A stretch of 24,000 nt of DNA, from positions 86,301 to 110,300 of the forward strand of contig NZ_KE387247.1 of NCBI RefSeq assembly GCF_000430785.1. Reading direction: 5' to 3'. Positions 22,830-24,000 of this stretch are shown here, piece by piece; the first letter of the stretch is position 1, and the number at the start of each line of letters is the position of its first letter. This stretch comes from Ectobacillus panaciterrae DSM 19096. GTDB lineage: Bacteria > Bacillota > Bacilli > Bacillales > Bacillaceae_G. Made by a program: the position numbers and the translations under genes. The notes under the pieces are model-generated. The model saw only the letters and a list, made by a program, of their open reading frames with translations, made no database searches and was not told the origin of the DNA.

Positions 22830-23894
22830 ATGCTAGGACAGCGTTATTACGTTTATTTGTTTTATATCAATGCACTGGTGAATGTAACTGCTTTTATCCC
22901 ACAAATCCTTTACAAAAATCGATTTAACGGGAGCTTATTTAGTTTAGCTCTATCAACCCTAATAGGAACGTTTCTGATTTTTTTATTTCAAACTCAAATA
23001 AAAAAATTTCCAAGACAAAATATTGCTCAAATCATGGATAGGATTTTCCCAAAATGGTTTCAGAAGACTTTTCTGTTTTTTAATTTCACTCTACATATTT
23101 TTGCAGGAATTTTATTTCTTATCTCAAATACGCAAATTGTAAACCATTTTTTAACCCCGAACTCAATTATCATATTTTATATTTTTCTCTTGTTAATCGT
23201 ATTTTTAATAATGAATCAAACAAATTCCATATTGTATATGTTGGAAATTATTGTTTTATTTGCTACACCTTTCTATCTTTTTATAATGCTGAGGTTTTTT
23301 ACAGATGATTTAGTAATGGTTGATTTTATCAAACAATCTTGGACTTACCTAATGCATTTTCCAAAAATGAATTCGGTTGCTTCTGGATTATTTGTTTTTA
23401 CAGGATTCACAAATTTTTTTATTTATGGTGAACATATTCTTTCTATTGGTAAGAAACCATTATTTATTGCTTTGGGGATTATTTGTTTCGTACTTTTTTC
23501 TTCATATTTCGTACCAATTGGATACTTTGGACTTAATGGTGTAGGAAAGGAAAGCTATGTATGGGTAACTGCAGTTGACAGCATGCGCTTTGATTACTTC
23601 TTTTTAGAAAGAATGGTACCAATTTTTATTTTAGTTCAAATTGGCATAACGTTGATGTATATAATATTATCCTATCACTCGTCACTACAATATCTTCAGT
23701 TAATGACAAAAAATGTTGGAGGACGTTCAAAATGGGTCGGCATATTTGTCGTGGTGATATCAGCTATAATTACTCAGCATTTTACAGACGAATTCATGTT
23801 GTTAAAACTTTTCAATTGTTTTTTTATTTCTCGAATTATTTTAGATCTATTTTTAATGTTAATTTTACTTTTTGCTTCAAAAAAGCAAATGTAA
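22830..23894 (+). CDS. Spore germination protein, GerA-family B subunit (APC-type permease-like)
   Basis: ATG 22830 lies 6 nt after an AGGTGG Shine-Dalgarno. The 354-aa highly hydrophobic protein has about 10 TM segments and sits between the A and C subunits. Confidence 0.85.
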   Translation: MLGQRYYVYLFYINALVNVTAFIPQILYKNRFNGSLFSLALSTLIGTFLIFLFQTQIKKFPRQNIAQIMDRIFPKWFQKTFLFFNFTLHIFAGILFLISNTQIVNHFLTPNSIIIFYIFLLLIVFLIMNQTNSILYMLEIIVLFATPFYLFIMLRFFTDDLVMVDFIKQSWTYLMHFPKMNSVASGLFVFTGFTNFFIYGEHILSIGKKPLFIALGIICFVLFSSYFVPIGYFGLNGVGKESYVWVTAVDSMRFDYFFLERMVPIFILVQIGITLMYIILSYHSSLQYLQLMTKNVGGRSKWVGIFVVVISAIITQHFTDEFMLLKLFNCFFISRIILDLFLMLILLFASKKQM

Positions 23895-24000
23895 AATTAG
23901 TATTTGTTTTTTTGATATTACTGTTAAATCCTTTTTTAGTTAATGGGTGTTCATTTAAGGATATTGATAAACGTTCATTTGTTACATCAATTGGTATTGA
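23816..24000 (+). CDS. Spore germination protein, Ger(x)C-family lipoprotein, 5' part (continues past the right edge); start codon unresolved
   Basis: The frame encodes ..FKKANVKLVFVFLILLLNPFLVNGCSFKDIDKRSFVTSIGI, with lipobox LVNGC (Cys codon at 23948) and the Ger(x)C N-terminal signature. There is no ATG/GTG near the expected start at about 23876. The in-frame candidates are TTG 23816, which overlaps gerB by 79 nt, and TTG 23912, which gives too short a signal peptide. Confidence 0.6.
   Translation, partial: MFFYFSNYFRSIFNVNFTFCFKKANVKLVFVFLILLLNPFLVNGCSFKDIDKRSFVTSIGI

Overview
This window looks like chromosomal DNA from an endospore-forming Bacillaceae-type Firmicute. The indicators are T-box leaders, a GerA-family germinant-receptor operon, and YckD-, YhfW-, NRDE- and HxlR/DoxX-type genes. 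All family assignments come from motif recall and reading the sequence by eye, because no searches were possible. I support about 24 protein-coding genes: aroA 5' end, SGNH hydrolase, FAD/Rieske oxidoreductase, DeoR regulator plus Gfo/Idh/MocA oxidoreductase, NRDE protein, HxlR, DoxX, a stand-alone GTP cyclohydrolase II, a HAD nucleotidase, alkaline phosphatase, a histidine kinase/response regulator pair, a secreted protein of unknown function, a YckD-like protein and gerA/B/C-like genes. I see no recognisable defence or secondary-metabolite island. The unusual content is as follows. (1) A family of about 180-195 bp MITE-like elements with roughly 30 nt terminal inverted repeats is present in four intergenic copies, two of them abutting head-to-tail. 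(2) Two almost identical tandem T-box leaders with Phe-type specifiers precede aroA and differ by a compensatory stem change. (3) One gene is built from 12 tandem 48-bp repeats and encodes a tail-anchored protein. (4) A conserved box of three hexamers phased at 11 bp, plus a -10 element at a fixed distance, occurs on both sides of the two-component genes and predicts a small regulon. (5) Gene decay is dense: an RsgA-like fragment, a 5'-truncated VOC dioxygenase, ribD with a large internal deletion, nested IS3/IS6 debris and a RecJ-like remnant. (6) A small Gly/Phe/Pro/Tyr low-complexity protein is also present.
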